Source: Antedon mediterranea
Lineage: Eukaryota; Animalia; Echinodermata
DNA: 64,000 nt
Assembly (NCBI RefSeq): GCF_964355755.1
Contig: NC_092675.1
Location: 5,823,812 to 5,887,811, forward strand
Direction: 5' to 3'
This document shows, piece after piece, positions 51,063-63,893 of this stretch (positions are counted from its first letter, which is position 1; each line of letters starts with the position of its first letter). Below the pieces are notes generated by a model. It was not told the DNA's origin, did not search any database, and saw nothing but the letters and a program-made list of their open reading frames with translations. The position numbers were made by a program, and so were the translations under genes.

Positions 51063-52109
51063 ATGTACAAATGTACTAGATATAAACACAGTGTCATGCT
51101 AATCATTGTACTATTCTGCCAGAAAAGTTTTGCTGTTAGTTTTGCCTATCAACCGACGGACCATTCAACAGTAGAAGGCAAAGAAGGACATATGACCTGT
51201 ATCTTCGGAGATATACCAGAAGACATGAAAGATAAATATGTCGTAATCTGGACCAAAGACAATTACGTTATCAGCCAGCTAAGCAATGGGTTTGATTTGG
51301 AACGTCTAACTATTCACGATCAATATGATGATGCAAAACATTGTTTGAAAATTGATCCAGTCAAAAGAGAAGATGCAGGAGATTATCAATGTTATTTAAA
51401 ACATAATGGCAATATTCTGCTTACTTCAAGTGTTGGAAAGCTTACCGTGCGCGAAATACCATCAGATAAATATCCAATGGTGAGGTTTAAGAAACCATCT
51501 TACAACACTGAAGAACCTGTTATTGCGATCTGTTTGAGTGAAAAGACAAATCCTGAACCAGAGTTAGCCTGGGACAAGGCATCGGAGTTTCATCTTTCAC
51601 AGGAAAATTGGTCAATTAAATCAAATACTACACACATTTGGATTGAAGAATCACAAATAGCCTCTACCTTAACAAATGGCTCTCGATACGTTTGTAGATT
51701 AAAAGTACCAGATGAAGTTGCTCCGAGATATAATATAACTAAACCACTTTACGTCATAAACAAAGATTTAAAGGAAACAACTACTGTTTTGACTTCACCA
51801 GAAAGAAAACATGTTACTGCTAAACCTAGTTTGTTAACCACTCTAAAGCAGGTATCAGACATGAAGTATCAAGAACATGCGGATAAAAACATATATTTCC
51901 TTGTCAGTGTTGGCCTACTTGTAATAGTATTAGGCCTAGTAATTATAGTGTTACTCATAAAACTATATTGTGCTCAAACTGAACTGAAAAAAGTAGCGAA
52001 AAAACTAAATGAATCAAAAACACCTGTGAAAAACGACGAAGATCAAAACCCCAGGCGTAGGCTCTTGGGGGGTGGTCATAAAACCCCAATCGGATCGGAG
52101 AGTAAATAA
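51063..52109 (+). CDS. IgSF family A copy A5, 348 aa, intact
   Basis: Colinear with A3 through both Ig domains; TM IYFLVSVGLLVIVLGLVIIVLLI; ATG downstream of acceptor TTTTCAG at 51034. Confidence 0.92.
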   Translation: MYKCTRYKHSVMLIIVLFCQKSFAVSFAYQPTDHSTVEGKEGHMTCIFGDIPEDMKDKYVVIWTKDNYVISQLSNGFDLERLTIHDQYDDAKHCLKIDPVKREDAGDYQCYLKHNGNILLTSSVGKLTVREIPSDKYPMVRFKKPSYNTEEPVIAICLSEKTNPEPELAWDKASEFHLSQENWSIKSNTTHIWIEESQIASTLTNGSRYVCRLKVPDEVAPRYNITKPLYVINKDLKETTTVLTSPERKHVTAKPSLLTTLKQVSDMKYQEHADKNIYFLVSVGLLVIVLGLVIIVLLIKLYCAQTELKKVAKKLNESKTPVKNDEDQNPRRRLLGGGHKTPIGSESK

Positions 52110-52991
52110 ATATTCAATTGTACTTTCCACTTACTTTCTGTATTGAAAATTGTACACAGGTGTTATTGGGGGTAATGAACAAATTAGCCCGATTAAACCT
52201 TCTCGCCCCTGTACCTACTCATAATACCCCAACATTTAAATTAATTAGCATAATCGAGCACATAAATGAAACCAGTGAGTCTAATCGAAGATCCACTTAA
52301 GTATCAACCTAGCCGCTTAAGACATTAGCGCTAATATTTTAATCAGCATAATCGAGTACATCATTGGAACCTTCAAAAATGCAATAACTAGGGTTCAAAC
52401 TAAGAAACGGTAATTCTTAATTCAAAACCTGTACTATGACCGCTTAAAAGGGTCAAAGGTCAGTTTCTGTTTCAATTAACTTGATTGTGCATAATGAGTA
52501 GCCCTACACTGAAGAAATGATAAATATTTATCTTTCTTACGTGGCAAATTCTGTTAACTTGTGCAATGCCATAACCTGTTCAGATCAGTGCCTCTTCCCC
52601 TGTACTTATTTAGTAAGATAGTCTTTATACTTTTAATTAAATAAAAGACGTAGATACTTCGTATTTAACCAAAACTTTGTTTTTTCTAGCAGTAGGCCTA
52701 ATAGAAAATGAATTGAGAACTTTGCAATTTGAAAAAGTTTTATTACGATACTATTATAAATATATAATAAGTATTCTGTAAAGATGTACGTAAATGTGTA
52801 TACAATACTTACTATTTTGTTATATAATTGGATCTGTATTTATGGATTAAATGTAATAAAAATCATTTGCCTAATCAGAAATAAGCTGATTTCAGCCTAA
52901 ATCTTGTTTATTTTATCAAATTTATTGCGAGACAGAGATAAAAGATATAATTTAAAAAATAATAAATTACAGTACGATCAATAATTTAATA

Positions 52992-55512
52992 GACTAGATG
53001 GTCGTGTCCACAGATGTTTCTCGAATACACAGTAATTTCAGCGTAAAAGAACTGGCGATTTCAAATGTACGTACCGCAGGACTATAATATATTGTCGTTT
53101 CAAAAACAAATTAAATAGACACGATGATTTATGTAGTCAACTAAAATTAGCACCCTGAGAATTAGGCTTACTTCCGAAAGAGAAACTTGTCATTAATGAG
53201 TCCAAATTTTTGATTTGGACTCATTTAAACAAACCAAATTTGTGTTTTGTATGTATTAGGGTTGAGGGATGGGAAAGAGGATGGGTACAAAGAGGAACTA
53301 TGTTTAGTCGCCTGCAACGCGACTCTATAGCTCACTATGTCGGTCGGTCGGTAAACACTAACTCAGATTCATATTTTTTCGTTATTTTTACAGTGGATTT
53401 TAATACTTGGAGGCAAATATAAATGTTTTTTTTTTTTAAATTTCAACATTTTTTAACATTTTCAGCAATTTTGGTCGGTTGGTCGGTCGGTCGGTCAGTA
53501 AACACTAATTCAAATTTTCTCACGCGACTGTAGCCATGTATATGGCCTGTTAAATATTATTCTTTAATCAATCAATAACGAAATATTTGTTTTCATGTTC
53601 TATAGGCTGATAAATAATATACCACTAAATACAAAAAAAAAATTGCGATTTAATACTTTTTTAAAACTGTCACTGTCATAGTCGATTAAAATAGTTAAGT
53701 GCATGTAACGATCCACCACTATGACGTATATTTTTTTTTTGCGATTCAAATGGTGTGTAAAAATGGTTAATACGTATTTACAGTATTGTTCAAGTATTGC
53801 AATACTATATCTAAAGGGCCCATAAATTTACCTACAGGTACTTGTGTTAGGCTAAACCAAATAATTATATTGGAATATTCCATTCATTGCAAATCAATAC
53901 ATTTGTATAAACGTAAATTAAATCAAAATAGCATTTTTTAAAGAAAATTAGTATTTTTTAGAGAAAATTGGCCTGCCTTCAACATTTTGATGCTGTACTC
54001 GGGCTGTAGAAGGAGATAGGTAAATGCGAAGAATCCTTGTACTATTATGTGCGGTTATTTTCCAAGATGGACGTCCATTAGACAGTGTATACTACGATAG
54101 GAAAACACCCCTATTTGGGGCAAATCGTTGAACCTAAATTCATTTCAATTGTCAATAACTAATTAAACAGGATTAAATCAGGTGGTTAAAATCAGTACCG
54201 AACGTACGAACCAACTTTATATACCATCGAGTAAACATTCTAGAAATAACGCACGATTTACCGAATTTTGCCCTTACGTAAATTTATATATAACTAGATG
54301 GTACGCTCGCGTACCATCTAGGTCGTGTCCACAGATGGTTCTCGAATACACAGTAATTTCAGCGTAAAAAATGTACGTACCGCAGGACTATAGTATATTG
54401 TCGTTTACAGAAAAGAATAAATAGACACGATGATTTATGTAAAATTAGCATCCTGGGAATTAGGCCTTGTCTTAAAAATGAGTTCAATTTTTTTATTTGA
54501 ACACATTTAAACAAACCCAATTTGTGCTTTGTATATAACATTAGAGTTGAGGGATGGGGAAGAGGATGGAAAGAACAATTTTTAAATATATTCTCTATCC
54601 AGTCAGCAACAAAATATTGTTTTAAATGTTTTATAGGCTTATCAATAATATACCACTAATCACACTAAAACATTTACGATTTATCATACTTTTTAAAAAC
54701 TGTCCCTGTTGTAGTCGATTGAAATAGTAAAGTACAACGATACACCACTACGACGCTTATATTTTTTATAATTATTAATTAATACAAACGTTGAGAAGCA
54801 ACTGTCAGTATTCTACCCACAGTCACAGTAATAAATGTTCTTTGTATATTTTGTTTATATATCTAACAGTAACCACATTCACAGTAAGACAGTCACAATT
54901 TCTATTCAATGGCGAACAAAAATGGTTAATACGTACAGTATTTACAATATTGTCAAGGTATTGCAATACTATATATAAGTTTTATTCTCCAAGGGCCCAT
55001 AAATTTACCTACTTGTGTTAAACCAAGGGCTCATAAATTTACCTACAAACTGGGAGTCTGAGAGATTGAAATGTTCCATTCATCGCTAATCAATACATTT
55101 GTATAAACGTATATTAAATCTACAAAATACTATTTAAAAAAAAAAAAATCGGCCTGTCTTCAACATTATGATACTCTACTCGAGCTGTTCAACCGGTTTT
55201 CAGCTATTAAAAACAATTATCGTAGGAGGAGATAGGAAAATGCGAAGTATCCTCGTATTATTGTGTACAGGTATTTTTCATGAGGACATCCATTAGACAG
55301 TGTATACCACGATCGGAAAACACCCCTATTTGGGGCAAATTCGTTTTAATTGTCAATAACTAATTATCTAACTAAATTTAATTAGTAAACAGGGTTACAT
55401 CAGGTGGTTAAAATCAGTACCGAGATTCTAACAAACTTTATACACCATCGAGTAAACATTCTAGAAATAACGCGCGATTTACCGAATTTTGCCCTTACGT
55501 AAATTTATATAT
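52992..55512 (-). mobile_element. Two tandem ~1.25 kb copies of a probable rolling-circle element (fourth family)
   Basis: 52992-54292 is colinear with 54293-55512. Each starts ACTAGATGGT (CTAG-T end on minus strand); hairpin CTAGATGGTACG..CGTACCATCTAG at 54294-54321; related end at ~47650-47724. Confidence 0.6.
53303..53551 (+). mobile_element. DINE-1/HINE-like mini element
   Basis: Same termini. Absent from the paralogous T-run at ~54578 in the second copy of the tandem duplicate. Confidence 0.7.
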
Positions 55513-56353
55513 AGATTCCTAATAAGCTTTTCAGCATGATCACTCATCCGTGACGTTATTTATACAACATTTTATGAAATCACATTATCTATCATATTTC
55601 CATAACTCGTATCAATGAAATTCACTATACATAAAATTCAGGTAAAGTGTAAAATATCTTCAAACTGCGCGTTCAAAATGTAAAATGCTCTAAAATGCGC
55701 ACATTAATTTCACAAAAATTAAAGGGTTCTGAAATATACATATTTTGTTGAAACATGTCGTTGCCATCTGTTTGATTGAAGATAAAGTTGGTTCAATTGG
55801 GGGAAAGCAAACCAATTAACGTTGAGAAACAACTGCTACATGGCGTGACATCACCAGAAGGAAAATATTTTATTTTCATTATCAGTAGCCTATCAATGGT
55901 ATTTAGTTTTTATGAACCAATAACATCAACTATTTATTAGAAATAGAAACAAAAATTCGATTTGATTACAATTCTACAAATTAAATCACTTTGTTTATCT
56001 TTACATAAACAATGTAAAAGTTTCTAGTTGCAGTTTAAATTGTATTGCATTACAAATTTAGTGATGTGTCAAAAACGCAGGACGAGAAATCTCTCAACAT
56101 GCAATTAAGCAATAAACCAAACAAGATGTTGTAATAACGTTACTTATTACAATGATGGAAATAAAAACATAATTGTACAATTTTAAGATTATACACACAA
56201 TGATTTGCCTCAGAAACTACATTTGTTTTACTTTAAAACAAAATAAACTTGAAATGACTAGATGGCATAAAAACAATATATTATTTATTTTAAACTACAT
56301 ACATATACACATTTCTAGTAATATAATTAGTTTACGTTAGTATACATGGTAGA

Positions 56354-57532
56354 TTACGTACTTGTAATTTTGTCAAAATATATCAGACATTGCAAGCTGA
56401 CCAATATGATAAGATAAAGAAACATGATTGACTGAACTGATAAGAGAAGTATCGTAATAATAGGATTAACCATCGTTTTAGATGCCTCAGGAAGCTGAGA
56501 TTCTTCAGAATTGAGAGTTTTACCAGAAGCGTAAGGAACTTTTGTGCTGACATTGTACGTCCGACATTCTCCTATTTGTAGGGCCATGGTAGTTGATTTC
56601 AAAATATCACCAGTATTTGCTGTACATGTTATGTGTTCTTCTTGCATTTCACAAGAAACACGTCTGATGAACAACGTATTTGACCAATTAGCTTGCTGAA
56701 TTGCCTCGCTAAAAATCGCATCGTTTGTTGAATTCCATTTGAATTGGATTTCTTTATTGTTTATCTGTTTGAGTTTGCTTTTTCCAGCATTCAATGTAGT
56801 TTGTGGTTTTAATTCATATGCATTGCACCAAATTGCTACCGAATTGTTAACTATAAATTCAGTTGCGTTAATGTTGATCACAATGTGACGTTTGATGACA
56901 ATGGTAGATGCACACTGGTGTGGTACGTTATTCGTTGTCATTGTGCATGTGTAATCAGTTCCCTCATCTCTATCCAGTGCTTTGAACATAGCACTACTAA
57001 TAACTTTGTTTTTATTTGTGATATTAGTAATAACTACGTGTTTATGGACATTTTCAACATCCCAGTACAGCTTCAAAGATGGATACGGGTATGTTTCACA
57101 ACTTAATGTGACATTGTCTCCGATAAAGTACTCTGATTTTGAAGGGCTACATACTGGATTTGATGGTATAGGCAGCACTACTAGTTCCATCTTACGAGAA
57201 TTAACAATTAGTCCATCGCCTTGGTATATACACTGGTAAACGCCACTGTCTGTTTCTTTTAGGTCTGAGAGAGTCATTTCTATCCGTAGTTTTCCCATTG
57301 ATATTGACAAATATGTACTGTCAACTTGCATATCATTTCTCTTCCAAACGGTATTGTTAATAATGGTTTGTATTTCAGATCCATATCTACCAATCAACTC
57401 ACAATAAAATGTAAACGTTTTTCCGGCAACAGCATAACTAACATCATGTTCAGGATAGCATTGCAGAACATCAGATTTAATTATGGGAAAGAAGATAACC
57501 AGGTGAACGAGAAACTTAAACAAACGAATCAT
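56354..57532 (-). CDS. IgSF family B copy B4, 392 aa, intact
   Basis: Same architecture as B2/B3; acceptor TTCCAG directly before ATG. Confidence 0.92.
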   Translation of the reverse strand: MIRLFKFLVHLVIFFPIIKSDVLQCYPEHDVSYAVAGKTFTFYCELIGRYGSEIQTIINNTVWKRNDMQVDSTYLSISMGKLRIEMTLSDLKETDSGVYQCIYQGDGLIVNSRKMELVVLPIPSNPVCSPSKSEYFIGDNVTLSCETYPYPSLKLYWDVENVHKHVVITNITNKNKVISSAMFKALDRDEGTDYTCTMTTNNVPHQCASTIVIKRHIVININATEFIVNNSVAIWCNAYELKPQTTLNAGKSKLKQINNKEIQFKWNSTNDAIFSEAIQQANWSNTLFIRRVSCEMQEEHITCTANTGDILKSTTMALQIGECRTYNVSTKVPYASGKTLNSEESQLPEASKTMVNPIITILLLSVQSIMFLYLIILVSLQCLIYFDKITST

Positions 57533-57850
57533 CTGGAAATAAACAGTTATTCTGATTGCTTGAAAATAATGTTATGCAATGCCTGTCTAAAACGTTCTTT
57601 GTTTTGCTGGTTCATTGTCATGTATAATTCTAAAATGCATTCTGTATATTTAATGGGTACTTTAATTTAATTACTAGTTTTAATTCGTGTTTATTTCTAA
57701 TGAATCTATAATATTAACTATTTATTAGAAATAAAAAAACCATTATAAACCTTTCGATTTTATTTATAAACTTAATGCACCTTGAGCTATGTTCATTGGA
57801 CCACAGAACGAGCTAATTTAGACTTCCAGGCACAGAAGAAGTTCCCCGCC

Positions 57851-58643
57851 AGCGATTTTTTTTTCGTACATAAGTTGGGGACCCCTCATGAAACCTTACA
57901 AAAAAAACATGAATAATTCATCAGTTAAATTTGTTGTTCCGTGTGCACCCAAGCATATAGCAACAAGTGATTGCAACTGCGATACGATTCTTTCTAAGCC
58001 TAGGATTCTAGGTCATTTCACGTGATTGCCTTCGCGCACTCTTCTTCACACACACACACACACCACTATGCAAAATGTGTCGAGGCTAATCGACAGCTAG
58101 GCAAGACATTAAACTAAGTAGTAATTGGACATAGCCCAAAGAAAGCATAGACCCACGAGAATAAAAAATGTGTATTATGTGTGTACTGTAATTTTTTAAT
58201 TCTGCTATTTTATTATCAAACAATATGCATGTACTCAAAGGAACTTTAAAAATGCGCGTATATGAACACATGAGATAGAAAGATTAGACCCACGAGAATA
58301 AAAAATGTATTTTTATGTAATGGGCTTTAGAGTAATAATAGTATTAATAGAAACTATAATTTTATCACGTAATTCTTTAGTAATAAATTCTATTAAACAA
58401 CACCATAAACTAAAGGCTGATTATTTCGACAATCCACACAAAACACCGCTATTCTTTTATGAAATCACACGCACGCAACCACAGCGGAGCCAAGAACCAT
58501 ATTGCAGTTGACTTGTGTAATCGCTTCTTGTTGCTATACGCTTAGGTGCACACGGAACAAGAACATTTAACTGATGAATTATTCATGTTTATTTTGTGAC
58601 GTTCCATGAGGGTTCCCCAACTTATGTACGAAAAAAAATCGCT
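57851..58643. mobile_element. Non-autonomous DNA transposon with ~135-bp imperfect TIRs and 7-bp flanking direct repeat
   Basis: AGCGATTTTTTTTTCGTACATAAGTTGGGGA.. mirrored by ..TCCCCAACTTATGTACGAAAAAAAATCGCT; CCCCGCC at 57844-57850 and 58644-58650. Confidence 0.85.
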
Positions 58644-60495
58644 CCCCGCCACCATACTTACCCCACTCAGGTGATGTTTAAAAATAAATCCTTTTCTGTT
58701 CTGTACACATTCTAGTTTTGTTAACCCGTCACTCACAACCTACAACCCCCTCAGTGGCGGTTTTCAATAAAAGTATAAGTTCGGTAATTGTAATAAGCCT
58801 ATTCCAGGCACCACAAACTCCCAACCCCTTCCCGGGGGGCGCGAACAGAATCCAAAGTGGGGCATTTTGACGCTAACTTGGATCTGAATATGGCGGATGT
58901 TCAAATATAGCTTAAAACCTCCCGATACAATTGAGATCATTCTGATCACATTTTTTTTCATGCGCGAAGTAACAAAAATGTGTAGGCCAACAAATGAAAG
59001 CACTCAGAAACTGAGTGAAGCGCTTGGCAAAATATTGCCACAGAGGGCGCCATATTGATATTTCCACCCATGTTAAAAGAATACAAATTTTTCTTTTTTG
59101 TTATTTGTGAAGGTTTTCTTGAATTTCAATATGTTCTGTAAGTACCGTATACACCTATTTACACCGAAAAATAACTTGTAGGCGCTATCGTGCTAATTCA
59201 TTATTAACTAGAAGGTACCACTGCCTACTGTAAAATTACCCTACATAAGATTTCCCCCAGATAATTTGTAATGTGTAATAATTTTAATTTTAGTAACAAT
59301 CTTGAATGTCAGTTTGGTGTAATGGCTATGTATCCAGCCTTTTACAGTTCTGATAATTTTATAAAATATTTTATTTATGATATTTTTAAATATTAAAAAT
59401 ATTTTTTATATTGTTTTTACTATGATCCTAACTTCAACACATGAATGGAAACTTACCTGTAGACAATGAGTAATACTGTAAATAGTTTGTTTGTGGATTG
59501 TGACCTTGAACTTTTAAATGAATATAAAAAGAAAATAACTATATGTATTTTTTTTTTAAATAGGGGTTTTGTGCCTGTAATTCCCTTAATAATAGAAATT
59601 CAGCTGATCTTGTTCTTGTTCATCTCCCTAAGGCAACGATGCTCAGAATTAACCACGCGCAGGGCCATACCACTTTATTGAGATGTACGTTTTACAGAAT
59701 GAAATAATAATGACACATATGCTGGTACTAACAAAATGCTGCAAATAGTTACAGAATAACATTAATTATATCAACTAACAATAGTTTTAGTTGACAATAG
59801 AACAATAGAGCTTGTGCCGTGGTTCTTTTAGGCCAACCTGTGGTCAGATGGCGCCAGACGGCCATCATCATCAACATTGATTGATGATCTCTATTTTTTA
59901 GAATTGTTCATGTCCCAACGATACCACATACACATTAATAATAGGCCTATCAATAGGTTGTTTGATCTGAGTGTTGCAACGTTGACATACAGATCATAAT
60001 CATGTTGCTTAACCATGTACCTATTATCATTATTATTATTATTAATCTTTAAAACCGTACCTTGTCCTCCGAATAAAACAAGTAAATATATCCTATCATG
60101 ATTTCTGTGACGCATAGCAATGTTTGATTTCATTTATGACTGAGCATTCGATCCGAGTTGGTTGCATTGTCTTATTGCAGAATCAACTACATTAAATATC
60201 AAGTTCAAGGTATGTGTAACATTTTACAATAATGTTGTATTCATTGCATTCATCGAATTTTTTGGGGATAAATAGACCTAATGTTATCCGAAGGATTACA
60301 ATGTCTAAACAAATGTAATACCGTAGTTTTCACAATTAAATATTTTGGAGAATAATTATGTCATTGTGAAGATCAAAGTATAGTGGAACTTTATTTTTAA
60401 CGCCGAACACATTTTACTTGTTGGTTTGCATTTCAACTGTAATATACAATATACTTGTTTTCAGACAAAAATATTTACTAAGCACAAAGGTGACA

Positions 60496-61539
60496 ATGTA
60501 CAAAGCCAGATGTAAACACAGTGTCATACTTCTCATTGTACTATTTTGCCAGAAAAGTTTTGCTGTTAGATTTGCCTATCAACCAATGGACCATTCAGCA
60601 GTAGAAGGCAGAGAAACACACATCACCTGTATCTTCGGAGATATCCCAGAAGACATGAAACGTAAATATGACGTCATCTGGACCAAAGTTTTTTACGTTA
60701 TCAGCCAACCAAGCAATGGATTTGACATGGAACGTATTACTATTCACGATAGATATGAATATGCAAGACACTTTTTGAGGATTGATCCAGTCAAGAGAGA
60801 AGATACAGGAGATTACCAATGTAAATTAAAATACAATGGCAATGTTCTTCTCACTTCTAGAATTTGGAACCTTTCTGTACGTGAAATACCATCAAATGAA
60901 TATCCAATTGTCAGGTTTAATAAGTCAGCTTACAGAATTGGAGAAGCTGCTATTGCGATCTGTGTGAGTGAAAAGACAAACCCTATACCAGAATTAGAGT
61001 GGGAAGTATCAGATTTTTATTTTTCACCTGATAATTCGCAAATGAAATTAAATAACACACACATTTGGATAGAAGGATCAGAAATAGCATCCATCCTTAC
61101 AAATGGCTCTCGATACGTTTGTAGATTAAAAATACCAGATGAAATTGTTCCAAGATATGCTGAAAGCAAACCACTTTACGTCATAAACAAAGATTTAAAG
61201 GAAACAACTACTGTTTTGACTTCACCAGAAAGAAAACGATTTACTTCTAAACCTAGTTTGACTGTAAACCAGAATTCAGACATCAAAGATCAAGTACATG
61301 CAGATAATGTTAGTTATGGAAGTCGAATCCTATTTGCAATTGTAATATCAGGCCTAATTATTCTACTCTTAATAATAATGATAATCTTGAAACTATTTCG
61401 TGGACAAACTGAACTGACGGAAGTAATGGAAAGAATTTTAACGGAATCAGAAACAACTGAGAAAAACGACTCTAGTCTAAACATCAGACGTAGACTAAAT
61501 CGAGGCAATGAAACTACAATCGGATCGGATAGTAAATAA
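60496..61539 (+). CDS. IgSF family A copy A6, 347 aa, intact
   Basis: Colinear with A5 including stalk and tail (..IGSDSK); ATG downstream of acceptor TTTTCAG at 60464. Confidence 0.92.
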   Translation: MYKARCKHSVILLIVLFCQKSFAVRFAYQPMDHSAVEGRETHITCIFGDIPEDMKRKYDVIWTKVFYVISQPSNGFDMERITIHDRYEYARHFLRIDPVKREDTGDYQCKLKYNGNVLLTSRIWNLSVREIPSNEYPIVRFNKSAYRIGEAAIAICVSEKTNPIPELEWEVSDFYFSPDNSQMKLNNTHIWIEGSEIASILTNGSRYVCRLKIPDEIVPRYAESKPLYVINKDLKETTTVLTSPERKRFTSKPSLTVNQNSDIKDQVHADNVSYGSRILFAIVISGLIILLLIIMIILKLFRGQTELTEVMERILTESETTEKNDSSLNIRRRLNRGNETTIGSDSK

Positions 61540-63059
61540 ATATACATTTTGTATTCTACACATTAAAAACATGAAAGTTAAAATAGTTATGTTTAGTTGT
61601 TTTTTTTTTTTAATATAACATTTTAAGCGTTTGATTGTGTTTGATTAATTTGATTATAGATTAAAAAGAAAGATAAAAAAAATAACCATTGTATTTTAAA
61701 TGTTTAAATAATGAAATGTAGTGCAACTACTAGATATATTGACGACATATTACATCATAAACATACAATCAATTAGGGTATATAATACCTTGGTTTACAA
61801 AGTAAGCTCTATAAATCAGAAGAAAAGTTGTTTTTCATTATAATGAAAGGCAAAAAACGCAGCAGCTATACTCTCTAGAATTAAATAGCTTCACGCAAAG
61901 TATTATATATATTTTATATTTATTTATGAATTGTAAATTTGACTATGTAATGTTGTTTTTAAAATTTTAATTAGGAAGTTGCAATGTTTTCAATGTTTTC
62001 CTTTTTATTTGGGGCCCCCAATGGAAATAAGTTTGTTTTATTATCAAAGATGTATTGTACCCCAAAAAACATGAAAAATGAAGATTAATTAAATGAGACA
62101 TTGAATATGTTATTTTGTAGTTTTAATAAAGTTAATCACTTCCGTAGAAAAAAAACAAAGACAAAAATAATATTTTCACATAACAAATGGTTAAATTCAA
62201 TCGAAATTTATTGGCTGGCAGCCAATTTTACCATATTTTTGCTTTAAATTACATTTTTTCAGGTAAATACATTTTGTTTAGATCCAATTTTTGCTCAAAG
62301 TGGATAACTATTATGTGACATTAAAATGGCATGTTAAAAAAAAATGTAAACACTATTTTTCAGTGGGACAATACTTGGGTTATCCTCAGTTTATTCAGTT
62401 ATTGTTCTATTGTACATTTTATTTTATTTTTATTTTTGTAAAATTGAATGAAATAAAATGAAATATATTGATCACTTTCCTCTTATTTTCTCTTTATTTA
62501 TTTAATCCATTTACAACTATGCCGCGATATTATACATAAAGACTAATAAACAGCTGTTGGTGTAAGGGTGACCCAGAAGATTGCTTTAATTACACCAATA
62601 TATAAAAGGAAAGGGAGATTTTAGTAATCGTGGACATTTTACTGATAAATCACAGATAAACTATATGAAAGAAGCATAGAAAATAGAGAGTTAGACAGCA
62701 GACATAACAAAAGATGGGCCTATAACATGATTATAGAAAGAACACTAACCACTGATAATCAGATCCTTGGTGGAAAAGTCATGGGAATTCAACAAACCTA
62801 CTTATTCCACATTCATCTTTTTAAATAAAGCTTTGATTCTATACCCATGCCCGTGCAAGAGTAGGACATGCTAGGAAAAAAACAGAAATGAAACTGGAGT
62901 AAAACAGGTAAACGTATGTCTTACCTATACTATTGTATATATGAACCGCGTCGTAAGACATTTTAAATTAAAACAATCCACCCACCACAATTCTCGAAAG
63001 AGAAGATCTTGAGAGAGCAATTATAGATCATAGATCATGAATGCTTCAGAAGAGCTACT

Positions 63060-63115
63060 CTTCTTGTCATCCATTCTCTTCAAATGACCAAGCCAGCTTA
63101 ACTTAGATGATGGAC
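63060..63115 (-). mobile_element. Short RTE-type LINE ORF2 C-terminal remnant
   Basis: Translates KLSWLGHLKRMDDKK, matching the LxWxGHxxRM motif of RTE-like elements. Confidence 0.45.
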
Positions 63116-63893
63116 AGATCTAGGTGGAGAAAGAGACTAGCACTACTGGATTGGAGCTTATATCAAGTTATATCACATAGCCTATGTAAATACGTGAACG
63201 TGATTGGTTGAAACTGCATCACATGACTACCGCTGCGAGGATCGTAAATCGTATATATCCTCGAGAACGATGATATTGACTGAGTAATTTTCGCGTAATT
63301 ATCGTGTCCCTGTCATTAATTATATAAATTCTCGATGATATTGTAATTTTTGTGTGGCAACACTCGCGTTTGCCGATAAATAAACAAAAGTCATCTACTG
63401 GGTCTTGAACTCGCGATGAAATTGTCACTCCATCACAAGACAACGCTACATGCTAAACTATTTAAACTATGCATACATAGCGCCCTCATTTGTTATTAGT
63501 CCTCTCTAGATGTTATGAAAGACCGTTTGTGATTGGTTAATACTCACAGTAGTAACCGATACGCGCGCGACGCACTGAACATCCGGTGATTCGGCTCGAT
63601 CATCGAAGAAGACGAATTATTATTTATTCGGCCTACCTGATAATAATATTATTATTATTAATGTAGGCTTATTGATAGGAATTCTTCTGTTATTATTTAA
63701 ACGACCTAGGCTAGTGAATATTTTATTGCCATTAATTAGTAATTATCTGTATATTATTCTTCGAAAGGTAAGGTGTCTGGGCAGCTTGTTTACATACAAT
63801 AAAAAAAGGAGGCCTAGCCTAGCTACCCGACCCAGCAGATATTCTACTTGTTGTTGGCTATGTAATATAACATATATCGCCTTTTATATCGGT

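Noticed and set aside
51087-51125. CACAGTG heptamers near Ig genes (also ~60518, ~36630, ~16547) as V(D)J-type RSS
   Set aside because: No ACAAAAACC-like nonamer at 12/23 spacing; two lie inside signal-peptide codons; the genes are already complete single-exon ORFs.
52450-52462. GGGTCAAAGGTCA DR1 nuclear-receptor element
   Set aside because: Single occurrence in repeat-like DNA 3' of A5, not conserved behind other A copies.
17437-61539. Assigning gene symbols such as KIRREL, CADM, nectin or CD80 to the Ig genes
   Set aside because: Only general domain-pattern similarity is visible; domain number and tails do not support orthology without a search.
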